A DNA stretch of 64,000 nt from Podarcis gaigeae (lineage: Eukaryota): NCBI GenBank assembly GCA_964106915.2, contig OZ066914.1; one strand, written 5' to 3'. Shown here piece after piece: positions 1 through 16,480 of the stretch. Within the stretch, counting starts at the first letter, position 1, and every line of letters begins with the position of its first letter. A model generated the notes under the pieces. That model saw only the letters and a program-made list of their open reading frames with translations, made no database searches and was not told the origin of the DNA. The position numbers were made by a program, and so were the translations under genes.

Positions 1-1336
1 ATCTAATTTTGAATAAGTGAGCCCTACGCAGGCCTATCATCACTGTCTTGGCTGCCAGGCGGGAGGTGACTAGATGTCACCTGTGTGGGGATCCAGGCGC
101 CTTTGCCCTGGGGACAGGGAGAGGGAATGAGAATGAATTCTCATGTTTTGGCCTGATGTGGTTCCCTAGGTTGGGTGGTGCTAGAATGCGGTTTATGAAA
201 TGCGTAGAATAAATATGTGTGCCGTGTGAAGCAGGAGAGAGGAGAATGCTGAAGAAACCTCTATGCATTTTTAATAAACTCTGGAGTGTGGGCGTAAGAG
301 GCTGGAAGTGCCGACCGAGCGACTGCTTCTGCTCACTCCCCTGTGGCTTCCGTGTGCAATAGACAGCTTAACAAAGCTGCTAAATGTCTTGTTCACTCCA
401 GTCACTGCTGCACCAAATTCTAAAAGCACCACAATGTGACCAAATTAGGGATAGATTGGCACTCTTCAGTGCAATGCACAGCTCAGGTGCATTCCCTCCA
501 ATTCCTCTACCCAATTTGCTTTGGCATTACATTTTTGGAAGTGGATTGTGATTCTGCCCCATGTCCTGTAACTCGGGGGTGGGGAACCTCTAGCAGTTTG
601 GATACTAGAGATTTGCATCCAGCCAGCATGACTAGTGGTCCAGGATAATGGCAGTTTTAATTCAGAGGCCTCTGGATGACTGTATTCCTGACTCTCATGC
701 TACAACGTTGCTGCTGCCTGGTTTGGTTGACTAGAGGCAAAACCACACCAAGATAGTTATTTTGCATCTAGTGTTCATTTAAACTGCCACTGTAAAATTC
801 TCTAGATCACTTGCCCCAAGGGGTGTCTACTCCTCTCAGGTGAATTGCAAGGGCAGAAATTGCCAACCTGGGGTCTGCAGGTGCTGTGGTCCCCATGGGC
901 ACCCATAGGCCACCATGTATTTATGGATTATTTTTTAATGGCAAGCACTTCCTTCACCTGTGTGTGTGTGCACTCAAGTATGCTTTGTATGTGTGTGATT
1001 GAGAGAAATCCACTTGGGCAGTGAGAAAGGGAAAGATGATGGGGTTCCCTTTTATATTTTTGCTGGTACAGGCTATATTGGTTGTCGAACGTCCTGGGAC
1101 TCGGACGTTTTGGCTCCCAAACACGGCAAACCCAGAAGTGATTGTTTCAGCTTGCGAACGTTCCTTTGGAACCCGAATGTCTGACGGGGCTTCCATGGCT
1201 TATGATTGGCTACAGGCACTGGTTGTCTGGAGGGGAGCAAAAAATACTCTTATTTTTTTGTTATGCCATGCTCACACAGCACTGGCTCAGAATTCAAAAT
1301 GTGCCCAGTGGACCAAAAATGTTGGCAACCCCTTAG

Positions 1337-4251
<2,915 letters not shown>

Positions 4252-4290
4252 CTCTAGATGCTGCACATTGTCTGATGGACCTTCATTTTC

Positions 4291-4296
4291 AATAAA
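4291..4296 (+). terminator. Polyadenylation signal AATAAA of TUBA4A
   Basis: AATAAA 40 nt after the stop, followed by a GT/T-rich downstream element. Confidence 0.75.
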
Positions 4297-6080
4297 GTAT
4301 GTTTGGTTTTATCTGAATTTCTGTGGTATGCCTCTTTCTTGAATAGGGTTACAGCTTCACCTTGCTGGTGGAACAGCTTCAAGTGCTGTTCATTGCCACA
4401 TAATGGCCATTTCCTTCCACACACCTTGAAGGATGTAGAAAAGAGAAGGTGCATGCCATAGCAGCTAAAGCTGAGCAAATTGGTGGCACAACATTGCACC
4501 ATGGAGACTACATGGGCTATTTTTATTAAATTTATATCCTGCCCTTCCCCATAGTCTTTAGACAGGTCTTATACTTCACCAAGTTAAAACAAATTATGTG
4601 CCCAGTAAAATTGATAATCAAATCATGCATACTAGCATATTCTTTTCTCCAAGTGCCACCATTACCACAACCACCCTGATTTGGTACAAAACTTTAAACC
4701 AGAATTAGGAAAGTGAAATGAGGTTAACAAGAACGGGACAAATAAAAGTGAGGAATCTCACTGACTGTAGGCAGCTCTATGCGCCTCCTTTCTTGGCACT
4801 GGAAATTCTGTTTTGCCTCATATATTCTGACAATAACTAGCTTTTTCCCCACACAAAAAAAAGTCCTGAAGACAGCAGAAGTAGGATATCGAGCTATTAC
4901 AAAACCTCTCTCCCACCCTTTCCCTAAAACTCTTGAGTAGCATTTTAATTGCACAACGACCTTGCAAAGTGGATTGGATGTGACTTTGCCCCAAACAAGG
5001 GTAAAACTTTATGCATAGGTAAGGATTTAATTCTGCATCTCATCACAATACTTCCTTTGGATACCCACTGCAGGTAGATCCCCTGCAATCTCCTATCCAG
5101 GCTGAAATCTCATTAAAGTTAACACCACCCCTGCCTTGAACGGGGATATATTCCCTGTATTCCAGTCTGCCACCACTGACCCCTCTGCATACTACACTGC
5201 GTAGGATAGACACATCCCCTGAAGAGTTTGGAGAAATGCTGAATTCTACTTTTCTAGGCTTCTCAACCATAAAATCAAAGACTGGTGTATGTTCTGCTGA
5301 AGATGTCACTCTCTCTTTTACCCTCCTAGCTCTACTTTCAAATGTTAAGCTGCTTGCAGGCATACCTTGCCTAGAACGCTTTAGGCTCCAGTTCTTAGAC
5401 AAGTGAGGAGTCATACAAAGTTTTAAAGATAAAGACCAGTGAGATCAGCGAGACAGATGGGAGTGGGCCTCACCTTAACTGTGAAATTAGGGGTAGGATT
5501 TATGTACTCCAGATGAAAAATGTTTGCTTTTCCTCTATTGGCTGCTGCTTCTCTGGACAAAGCACTTATTCATTCTTCCAGGAGCAAAGGAGGGGGGGAG
5601 GCATTGAGTGGAAGAGGAGGAGTGGTTACACCCAACCTGAAAATGTGCTGGCTGCAAGTCAGGTCTGGCAAGGCCTCTGTAAACTGCTTTGCCCTCCATA
5701 CCAGGCAGACAGCCAGTCCTCTCTCTTCTTGCCTGCCCCCATGGCTGCTTTGACTATACATGGGCTATATAGCATAGGAATCTCAAACTAGAAGTTCCCC
5801 TCTTTACCTACTCTCGCAATGGGTGGTGGAGGATGTGTGAACCCCTTTCTGTACAACCCCTACTTTATGAAGGGCCAAAGAATCTCACATTGCTGACACA
5901 CTCTTCAGTCTGAATGCCTTAACTGCACTAACAGCAGTTGCCATCCCTGCTGTTTAATACATGGCTAAAGTGCCTGATGTGTGTTCTGTTTCACATATAC
6001 AGAAGTTTAGTACTGAGACCAAATACATCATACTGTATCTGACTTTCATTGATGAGAAACATTTCTAGACTTAGGTACGC

Positions 6081-6108
<28 letters not shown>
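6081..6108. repeat. (GT)14 microsatellite
   Basis: Read directly. Confidence 0.95.
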
Positions 6109-6112
<4 letters not shown>

Positions 6113-6505
6113 GCCTGCATCCATGAAGGCTGATGCAGTAATAACATGAGCTTTCAAGGTCTTTTAAGACTCTCTTGTGAGTTTGCTCCAACAGACTTAA
6201 CACAACTCTTGTTCTGAAAATTGACTCACACCTTGGTCAAGGTAGACATGATTTCCTACCCCACACAGATCTTTTCAGCTCTGAATAATTAGCAGCTGTA
6301 GCCTAGAGCAGATAAAACACACAAATGTTTACACAATGCAGTTTTTCTAGCCAGAAAAGATGGTAAAGCTACCAGGAATACAACAAGAAGTAGACAAAAG
6401 TATAAGGAGTAAGAGAACTACACCATGGTTGCCCCCCTCCCCCCCCCAAGTTTATATATTTGCAAATCACATACTAAATATGTTGATACAGCTGAGTATG
6501 AAGAC

Positions 6506-6511
6506 TTTATT
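6506..6511 (-). terminator. Candidate polyadenylation signal of STK16
   Basis: TTTATT on + (AATAAA on -), about 400 nt past the STK16 stop. Confidence 0.55.
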
Positions 6512-6916
6512 TGACATGACAGGCCCAGAAGACATGCCTGTACCAAAACAAATAAGACACCAGCTTCTTAAATCATTCATCTAGAAGCTGTACTTGAGTA
6601 CAGAATGCTGGGTTCTCTTTCCCAGCCGGTGATGAGGTATCTTGGTCCCTTGTAAGAGCAGCATCATGCTGCTTTAGGGAGGTGGCTGACCATAGCCTAC
6701 AATGCAGGTGAAGCCCAGTGAGGTGCATGCTAGGCCACCTGTGAGAATGGCAGGAGGACCTTCAAGCAAGTTCCAAGGCAGGCGATGGCCCCACTGCGGA
6801 AGAGTTTCCAAATGAAGCCTTGTCCAGTCTTTCCTGTAAACTTTGAACCACTGGAGGTCTCCCTCGTGGGCTTCAGTTCCTTTGCTGCCTCCATGCTTAC
6901 CCCACACACTCTGGGC

Positions 6917-9900
6917 TCAGATGCGTGTCATGTCCTGCCCGGTGGGAGGTGGTTGTATCGCTTCAAGCTGGCCTATGATGTCAGTGATGAATGGGCGCTC
7001 CTGGGGATTCACCACCATCATGGAGGAGAGGAGATGTTCCAAAGCAGGCGAGTACCTGAAATTCAGAGGTGCTTTGTACCTGGTCTGTCTTGGATCAAGG
7101 ACAACCTTCCTTTCACACAGCCATTCCTTACCTGGTATTCTGGGGCACGGTGAGTTGGTTCTGCACCGCCAAGGCCACACTGTCCCCCTTTTGGAAGATC
7201 ATGTCGTAAGGCCCCTCTCCAAACATCATACAGTACAGAACGCAGCCTAAGGACTAAGCAGAGGCAAGGTGAGAGTAGGGAGAAAGCTGGCTCTTGAATG
7301 GAAAGGCACCTCAAGGACAGGATCTCCGTCCCTTGCACAGGGACAAATTGGGGAATTGCATCCTTTGACTTAAGTGGATTTTTTTCCCCTAAATGGAAAT
7401 GGAGGATCCTTACCCAGATGTCAGTACGTTCATCGATGACGCATTCACGCTCCACAGTGAACAGCTCTGGTGCTCTGTATGAGATGGTGCAACGTTGGGC
7501 AGCCCAGTCCTGCAAAATAAATTAGAGGGAAGTCGCTTTGGGCAATATAAAGCGACTGACAAATTTAATAAATAATAAATAAGACAAGAACTTAATCTCA
7601 AATACAGTGTGTGAGAGAGGGAGAGGGAAAGAGAAAGAGAAAGTAAATAGAAGGCCTTCGTTTCAACTTTTTTCCTCAGGAACATTCCTGCAATGCCTAT
7701 AATTTAATGTAGTGGCAGTAGTGTTAAAGTAAATGATTGCAGCTTACCAGAGAAGGAAGGAAAGAAACCTCGGGCTCTGCCTGCCCACAGGCGTCTCAAT
7801 TCTACATATACTTTGAAGTGACTGACATTATGATTTAATTATGAGAAAGATGATAACTTTCTAAATTAATGACCCATCACAGCTTATATGCTAGTTTATT
7901 TGCCTCTTGTTGCAGCCCTAACCACGCTATGTGGGATGGAAGGGGGAATACTGTTAATCTTTTGGAGACACAATTTACGGTGACTTTAGTTAAGGAATAG
8001 GTAGCTTCTGAGAACTTCGTGAAGTTTTTTTAAACTGCTCTTTCCTCTCTGGAAATTTTCCATGTTACAGAAGCAAAGATTGCACAGTATCACAGGGATC
8101 GTTTTGCATGGGCAAACAAGATAACAACTTGCTAACATTCCCTTCCACTCTTCTGTTTAATTGCAGGTGTTGAGGGGACTGGTGCCTGCCTGAGCTCCTT
8201 TTACAATTAATCTAATTTAGAGGGTTCTTCAGCATCTTTGCTGGAAGCAGCTATTCTCCCATTTCCTTTTCACCAGGCTGCCCTCCTACCTGAATAGTCA
8301 TGGCCTCCCGCAAGCTTTGCACCTCAATGCGGGCCTGATTCATAGAGCCCAGGTCCATCAGCAGCGGTTGGTCCTCATCATCCAGGAGCACATTTGTAGG
8401 CTTCAGGTCTCTGAAAAAAATATCCTTGATTTGTCCAGCCACAGAACCATCAGAGCTTTGAAGTCGGCTTTGAACCTCTTACGTCCCCAGGCCCTGGCTC
8501 CCCTTATTGCAAATACTGCTCCATGTCAAAATGTGGTTCTTTAGCTTTGCAAACTCCTGTGTCGGTGCTGTCAATATTGATCTATAACTGATCACCTATA
8601 TCACCCACTTCCTCCGCCCTCCCCAAACATGGACTCTGTTCCAACGGTGAGAATGCCCCATGCTTTCTAGTCCCAGCTTCTCACCTGTGTGCATAGCCCT
8701 TGTTATGAATGGCCTGCAGGCCCCGGCAGATGCCATGAAGGATGGCCAGGATCCTCTCCTCCGGCATGAAGGCGTCTTTATCTCTCAGAGTTTCAACTTC
8801 CTGCCAAAGGGTCCCTCTCTGCAAAGAAAAGCCCAGGCACGCTGGTGACAGGGATCATGCATATTCTCCTCAAAGAATACCGGATGAGGAAGAGATCCTC
8901 TGTTAGTGCATTTAATGTATTAGGCACAAACCCTCCACCTGCACAGGGTTGAAGGAAGTGATTACCTAGAGGATGGCACCATCCCCACTCCAATATGACC
9001 GAGAAGATGCAAAAAAGAAAAAAAACTTTTGGGGACAGCAGCTTTGGAGCCAGCCTGATTGCCTAACCATTCCAAGAGGCACTTATTTCTGCTTTACTAT
9101 GGGTCACCATGCTTCCAGCTGTGAACTTGCCCTATCACTCTGCTGGGGTCTGCTGTTTTTAGGTGACTATTGTTGTGGAGCTTTCTGCCAGGGCCAAAAT
9201 GCAAGCATAGCAGAAATTTGGGAGCACAGTTGAGCACAGCACAGTGGAGTAAAACTACAATAAAGACAACCTTTGCTTTCAGCTTACTGATCTGGGCTGA
9301 ATTTAGGAAAGGAATGGATGCCTGAGGCTCCAAGCTGACTTCACAGGGGTGCTGCCATGCCCACCACATTAAGGGGTGTGTAGAGAAAAACCAGATCAGA
9401 TTATCTGATCCCCTGAGAATTGTGGCACCTGCCACAAAATCTCATGTGCTGCCATGTTACTAAATCCTTTCAAACTGAAGCAGCAAAGTCTGTAAAAGCA
9501 GATGGAGGTCCTTTATCACAGAGGACAGCTCTGGAATCTGGTCCAGTAGAAGTCAAGGAGAATAACATGCGCTCTGAGGCTCTGGCAGCCAAAAATGAGA
9601 TGAATCTCAGGGTTCAGCTTGTCCCTTATGCTGTCTAGTAGAAACATGAAAACTACTGGGAAAGATTATCCAAGGATTTGGGACTGGGTACCATCTATAT
9701 GCTGATGACACCCTTTCCATTCTGTACCCTGGGAAACCTCTACTGGTTTACTTTTTAAACTTGTGATTGCAGGCCACCTGGGGTGGGAGTCCAAAGGGCA
9801 AGATGAAAACAATTTTATAAATAAATGCTATGGGACTGATTGCAACTGGTGTAGAAGCAGGGTTCCATCAAGTGGCTCCATCCTATCCTGAAAATGGCCT

Positions 9901-11423
9901 CATGTATCCATCCTTGGTGGGAACCAGGCGGCTGCTGGAAGAGACCAACCTCTGCAGCTACGGTCCCAGTATACAACACCTCTCAGCCTTGCATGATGTA
10001 GCCACAAATACTACATTTCCCAGCATACATTGCTGTATCCACCTGCCCCTTCCACCCACACTCACCTTCAGGAAAGGCAACAGGAGCCAGGCCTCGTGTT
10101 TGGATCCCCTCTCCACCATGGCATGTGCACACAGGGTCAGGATGTTGGGATGCTCAAAGAGAAGGTGCATCTCTACCTCATCCATGGCCTCCTGGCGATC
10201 ATCCTTGTCATGGCATATGATGCGTTTCAGTGCATAGAAGCGCCCATCGTGCAGCCCTTCTACTAGGTCCACGTAGCTAAAACCTCTGTGTGGGGAGAAG
10301 GTATGTCAGGAACAGAGCAGGCAGCTTGGGGGGGGGGAGGATTTTTCTTCTCCTCTCCTGCTGTCTGTACGCACAGGCCTCTGCTCCTGCCCACCTCTAA
10401 GCTAACAAAGTAGTGCCATTACAACTCAGAATAGGAGATTTTTAAAAAGAGGAAATTATGTAACCTTCTTCCTCTCCAACAATCAACTGAGGAATAAGGC
10501 ATTAATTTCATGCTGTGGCACAGGAAAGTATTTGTGCTCTTCTCTATCCATCATCACAGCTGGCAAACAGTGCAAAAATACACAGCTATTTAACATTCTT
10601 GTAAATAACAATGAGGGTTTCAACCATACACTGAAAGTGTCCTTAACCCATTGGGAATGAAGGTTGGAGGATAGATCACCCTATATCTTGACGCTTCCTG
10701 CAGTTTCATCTGAAACATCAGACATTTGCAGTCATCAGAAAAAAACACCACCACCACCGAGCTAGTCTGACGGCTTAGCAGTTCAGTGTGTTTTAGTTAT
10801 CTAAAGGATGACACAGAGGAGTGAGGATGTCTGTTTACCAAGACTACTGAGGGAAGACCAGCAGGTTCAAATTGCAGCAAAGAAGACTTTGGTTACATAT
10901 CAGGAATAAACTTTCCAACTGTAATGAATGAGTAAGCAACGGAACAAGTTGTTCAGAGTAGTTGTAGCTGTCTTCAGAAATATTTGCTGCTTAATCCTAA
11001 GCACATTTACTCAAAGTAAGTTCAAAGGAGCTTACACCAAAGCATGAAAAAAAAATTGAGGGGTGATTTGTACAGGATGAATATTGCCTCTGCAGTGGAT
11101 TTGGTAGATGGGGTGGGATGGGGAATATGTGTCCTCCAGTCACAACCAATATGGACAATGGTCAAAGATGATGGAAGCTGAAATCCAACAGCATCTCAAG
11201 TGCCACAAAATCCCCACCACTGGACTACACGGATCCTAGATGATGTACCTTTCAGCTTTATCTCTTGCTAACAATGACAGTGCTCAATGTGTAGATGAGA
11301 TGTGTGAAAATTTAGTCCTCAGTTCTCATATACTCACCCCTCCCCAAGTCTATGGATTAAAAGGTAACGTTTGTTATTGATGGTGATGGTTCCCCTTGAG
11401 CAGATACATAGGGCTTGGCCCAT
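6917..11423 (-). CDS. STK16: Serine/threonine-protein kinase 16 (MPSK1, NAK family), 305 aa
   Basis: Coding exons in transcript order: 11423-11338, 10285-10066, 8818-8685, 8410-8290, 7509-7414, 7253-7132, 7055-6917; 918 nt, all GT-AG. MGQALCICS N-terminus (G2 myristoylation, C6/C8 palmitoylation), GEGGFSYV loop, HRDLKPTN, DLG in place of DFG, YRAPE. Confidence 0.96.
10864..10980 (+). mobile_element. Degraded CR1-type LINE fragment
   Basis: Resembles the CR1 ORF2 3' region (ttcaaattgcagcaaagaagactttggttacatatcaggaataaac); recognised by eye. Confidence 0.5.
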
Positions 11424-13239
11424 GATGGTTGCTCCAACATCCTTCAGGTCCTACAGAGGGAAAGAAAGCAATATTTATTCATTTATAATATTTTGTCTCC
11501 TGCCTTTTCATATATGATGCTGAAGATGACTAACAGCATTAACAATTTGAAGGGGCTGCATCCAACAAAATCTTTGTGTTCCTGCAAGGACTTCTGCTTG
11601 TGCATTAGAATTTCCCTTCCTCTTCCCATGCTCCACCCCACAATCTGCTCCTGAGGATTGGGGGGAAAACCCAGAGGATACGTGTGGGGGATGCAGAAAG
11701 AGGGCAAGTTCCATTGCACAAGCTGAAGTTCTTGCAAGAATGGGACAGCTTCACTGGATACAACTCATAGTATAACAAATACAATGGAAACTCCAATTAA
11801 TAAATATGAAAGGAATTAAAGCCAGCAGCCAGCTGAAAGCTAAAAACTTGCACTGTATATAATAAAATAAAATAAAATTGGTCAGTCAGTGACAGTGCAT
11901 CAGAGACAAGTCAAGATGGGTCTAGGGATGGAACTCCAGAGACTGAGTGCAGCCACTGAGAAGGCCCTGTCCCACAAGAAATGCACCTCAGCTATTGGTG
12001 GAACGTGGCAAGGCCTTTCTCACAAAGATCTTAATACATGAGCACTTTCATAGTGGAACAGACCTAACTTCTAGAGTTAAAAGGGAGTACAAGACAATCT
12101 AAGACCTTTCTCTTGCCTAAAGATAGGAGTGTTCACTTACCAGTCTCCTGTTCCCTAACATGTGCAATTTAGCGACAGCATCCACAAAACTGGCACCAAG
12201 AAAGCAAATGATCCTAGGTGCCTCAAGCAAACAGGTGCTGGGGGGAAACAAATTCTCCACCCTGTCATCATTGAATCTGCTGGCGGATTGAAGAAGAGTA
12301 TGTCTAGTTAATTTCCCACTTCAAATGTGATGATCAGTCACAACTCAAGATTGAGAAAAATATATTCACTGGATCTTCCAAAAGCAAATAGCCTGCTTAT
12401 GTGGAAATGAGACTGCAACTTCATTCATTCAGGATTCTATGTCTAGTTATAGCAGTCTCTCCCCGCTCCATCCCCAGAGAAAGGGAAAACCCAATTTTTC
12501 ATCTGAGCAGGAAAAGAATGCATACCATGCAGCACATGTCTATGATGGCCCATAACTGGTATCACCTAAGGCACAAGTAAGTCCTACTGAATCCAATGTG
12601 GCTTAGTCCAAGGTAAATGGAGTTAGGATTGCAATCTAAATTGTGACACCAGCTGAATTATATAAACAGAGAACTCCACTCAGGCAAGGAGAGGAAGTGA
12701 AAGTGTTTCAGTGAATGGCTACTAGAAGTGTGTTACAGTTTACAGTTTTTAAAGTGCAAGTAATAAATGAAACATTTTGGAAACACCCATGGCAAGCTCC
12801 CTATAACACAGTACATGCCTTTGTAAATTAAAGAGTTTCTAACATTGGTTGGTATCTGGGGTCCGAGGAGGCCTAGTTTTTCCTCTCTCTCCAGGTGACA
12901 GCTGGCAACGACAGCTCACTTTACAAACACATGACACCAGCTTCCTACTCAAGTGACCTCCAATTGAATCATTCCGATTTGAACGAGAGGCTGCATTCCG
13001 GAGTAGGTGGAGGAGGAGGGGCAGAAACAGCAGAGATCAGCTTCCCCACCACCCAGGAGAAAACCACGCGTGGGCGCTCCTGGGATGAAGGCTTTGTCAC
13101 CAACATCTCCCTCCCTCCGCAGTGCGGTGCCTAAGCTGACTCCGCCACGAGCGAGGGGGCATACACTCTGTACATGGCTAGAGGCACGTTCGCTTTCGTT
13201 GTTATGTCATTTTGTTACAGTGCTGAGCCCGGACATTCC

Positions 13240-13770
13240 GACTAGGCTCCTGGAGTTGAGCCCGGGCTCAAAATGAGGGGGAAGGGAGCTGAAGCATTGC
13301 CTTGAGGAGCCCACGCGAAGCTCTCTTTCTGGCCCCAGCAGGCTGGAGCCAGGAATAGTGGAAGCCCACGACCCTGTCACTTTTCCTAAGGCCCCGCCTA
13401 CCTGCGGAGATGGGGCGGGGCCGGGGCGGGGGCGGAGAGGAGTGGGCTAAGGACTCACCCGTCTCTGTCCGGCGCACGGACGCTTCCGAGGGAGGTACAG
13501 CGCGACAGAAGCCGCGCACTCCGCCTCTCGACGTCATTATTCCGCGCCATCCGCCCTGCCGCCCGCAGAAGGTAGCCTAGCAACCGTTCAAGGGGGCGGA
13601 GCAGGAGTTGCGGGAGCGGAGGGCAGGGAGCGTGGAAGGGAGGAAACCGAACAGGAAATGGGGGGAGGGGGGGTAGAAAAAAAAGAGTTACAGGAGCAGA
13701 ATGTCCTAGTTTAGGGGACAGAGTGTTGTGGTTGGACGCGGTTAGTGGATTCTGGATCCCCATGCGTGTT
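13240..13770. promoter_or_regulatory. CpG island / bidirectional promoter for STK16 (-) and GLB1L (+)
   Basis: CpG-dense. GC boxes at 13412-13435, CRE-like GACGTCA at 13530-13536, RFX X-box-like GTAGCCTAGCAAC at 13572-13584. Both genes' ATG exons start with a splice acceptor, so both need an upstream exon, most likely here. Confidence 0.85.
13459..13540 (-). other. STK16: Putative non-coding first exon of STK16 (5' end approximate)
   Basis: Strong minus-strand donor GG|GTGAGT at 13459/13458 inside the CpG island; would join the acceptor at 11450. Confidence 0.65.
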
Positions 13771-14092
13771 TACTGAGGAGTAAATGTGTTGAATTCAGTG
13801 AGGCTTATTCCCAAGTAAATGCACACCGTCATAAACACTGGTTTACCTCACAGGGCTGTTGTGAAGATTTGTTATTCCTTTTTTCATAAAATTTGCACAC
13901 CCCTTGTTTCTTTAACCCCTCGCCTTCTGAATCCTATGTAAGGCTTCAACATTTTAATTTTTTGTTACGTTTTTAACCTAGTACTCCTCTAAAGAGCTGT
14001 ATATGCCATCGCCCCTCTTTATCCTCAACAACCCTGTGAGGTAGGGTAGGCCGGTGGTGGTTAGCCCAAGATTGTTCAGCCAGCTTGGTGTT

Positions 14093-14899
14093 TGAGTATA
14101 AGGGAGTCATTGGAGCACCCCACAATTGCCTAACTTTGGCTCCCATAGGTTCAGGTTGGGGGTCACAAGCAAGAGACTTTAGCCAGGAGATCGAAGGAAA
14201 GCGGTGGCCAGTAGGCCTGATCTTTATTGTTGCAACAAGACTACCACATGGAAGAAGCAGAGAGAAGTCCCAAACAAAGGGTGGCTCCCAGTTTTTATAA
14301 GTTTCTCAACTTACGCATAACACTCTTAGTAAAACATCATACATTTATCATAACTATGTCATAAATTGGGAGGGGTCTTCTGGCAGAAGCCTGAGCACGC
14401 ACTAGGCTTACCCTGTCCTCACATGACCCCCACCTTCCAATCTTTAGGCAAAACAAAGGTAAGAATTTACATTTTCCTGTTTTCCCAGACAAGTTAAGCA
14501 CACCCTTTGTCTTGACCAAGACCCCAATCCACTAAGGTTGGGTTTGGGATTGTTCTTAGAATGACTACCTATTCTGGTACTCAGGTGCCAGGATGCTAGA
14601 GATTATCATCCAAGCAGCTGGACACACTGAGTAGGGGGTCTCACCCTTCAGGGATTATGGCTGCCCCTACCCATTTCCGAAGTTCCTCCCCTGCTAGCCA
14701 TTTTCCTTCTGAGTAGAACAATGTTGGAATGGTGTAAATCTGTCATTGCAGTGATTTTATATAAATTTCTAAAGTTTTCCTATTGACCTAGTACATAGAT
14801 ACATTTATCAGTGAATTGCTACATTTGGTAGCAGGGGCTCTTTGTCTTTGGCTCCTAGTATGGAGAGGCAAGGCTTGCGGTGGTGGGAAAGATCTCTCA
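14093..14899 (-). mobile_element. ERV-like LTR (left boundary uncertain, 14093 or 14157)
   Basis: On -: purine tract TTGGAAGGGGGGG directly followed by TGAGAG (14899), TATAAAAA at 14299-14292, AATAAA at 14228-14223, possible CTCA end at 14093. U3-R-U5 layout; no TSD found. Confidence 0.55.
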
Positions 14900-16480
14900 C
14901 CCCCCCTTCCAATTTCCCGGTACCATAACAGTTTGGATTTGAATGCATATTTTCTCCCACCAAGTTCACTACACCAGCCACCCACAAGACATGAAGGAGA
15001 ATTAATTTTACTACCACTATGGATGATGATGATAATGATAAAAATAATTTCATTTCCTGAGTTCTCAAATATGAATATTTGAAGGGGGGCACTCCATATA
15101 ATGTCCAAGTAATCCCTCTGACTTAGAATAAAACTAAGGTGGTATTTCTGAAACCTGATGTGTTTCTCATAACTTGTACCAGTCTGTGACTCTTGATGAG
15201 ACCCATATTCCTAGAACATCCTACCCCTTTGTGAGGTGGCACAGAATGTGGTGACATCAAAGGTGATATAGCTCTGGTGTGGCAAAGATATGCATCATCC
15301 TGCGGGTATACAAATGACTCCTGCTGCTGACTGGCCACAGTAATGCAAAGGCCCAGTAAGTAAAAGGTTATTTAGATGACAGGTGAGTTCTTGTAAGTTG
15401 GATGTATTCTATTTAAAATACATATTAAAATGTCATACACTAAACAAATCTATAATATTAATCATATAAAATGTACCACAGTTGTTCATAGAGTAGTGTA
15501 ACAAACAGGTAATACTATCTTTATTTTTCAGTAGAATATATCCAAAATTATATTAAATCATAGATGACACTTACTCTTGTATGTTTTCTTCAGGTTTAAT
15601 TCTGGGACTGTGCTTCTGATGCATTCACTGGACTCTGATATTCATGCTCTACTATGTTAATAAGTATTGTACATCATGCAAAATTTAAACACAGCTTTTA
15701 AACCACAAACATGCCACAAACCCAAAATTAACCACAGTCAAGTGATAAGGAGTCAAACCCATTGACAGCATTCCTTAACTGCATTGCCTGCTGCCTAAAT
15801 ATGTGATGTGTTGGATAGAAAAGAAAAGCATTCCATTAGTAGAAAAGGTTTTGTTTGTGCCTGTTTTTGGGACTGGGCAAGAATCCCCCTCACACCAGTC
15901 AGGTTGGTAAGGACCCTAGGAGATTTGGGATTTCCCTTGTAGTGTGTAGCTCAACCCATTTGTGTAAGTCTTTTCAAACTATTATCCCTGCATGCACCTT
16001 TCTGCAATGCACGTGCTCCCTTTTTCTTGGCAAATTATAGTCTGGAACTGTGAGGGGTTGGTGGATGAATAATTTTACACTGGGCAAGGTGCAGACTGGC
16101 AGGCTTTTCAGTCCTCTTGACCTCTATAATTTTATCATCGGTTACTTGAGTTTCTCTTAGGATTCTGTTTTGGGGAGTTCACTGACAGAGCCAGCTTTGC
16201 CCACAGAATCTCCCAGGTTTAGTTCCTTGTGACTTCACTTAAATGGGTTTCAAGAAGCAGGGTTGAGAAAGACTACTGTCTTTCCAAGACTATAAAGATG
16301 CTATAAACAATTTCTGGACTGGATGACCAGTGGTCTGACTTTGTATTATAAGATACTATATGGCTGAGCATCTCATTCCTATAGAAAGGGATAAATTTAT
16401 GCCAGTGGGGTACACAGAGCAAGGAAGAGAGGCCTCTAACATTAATTGTAGTTAGGAGAAATTGCAACCTGTTTTAGTTT

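Noticed and set aside
14900-15360. Retroviral env remnant next to the LTR
   Set aside because: Translations show no furin site, fusion peptide or CX6CC motif.
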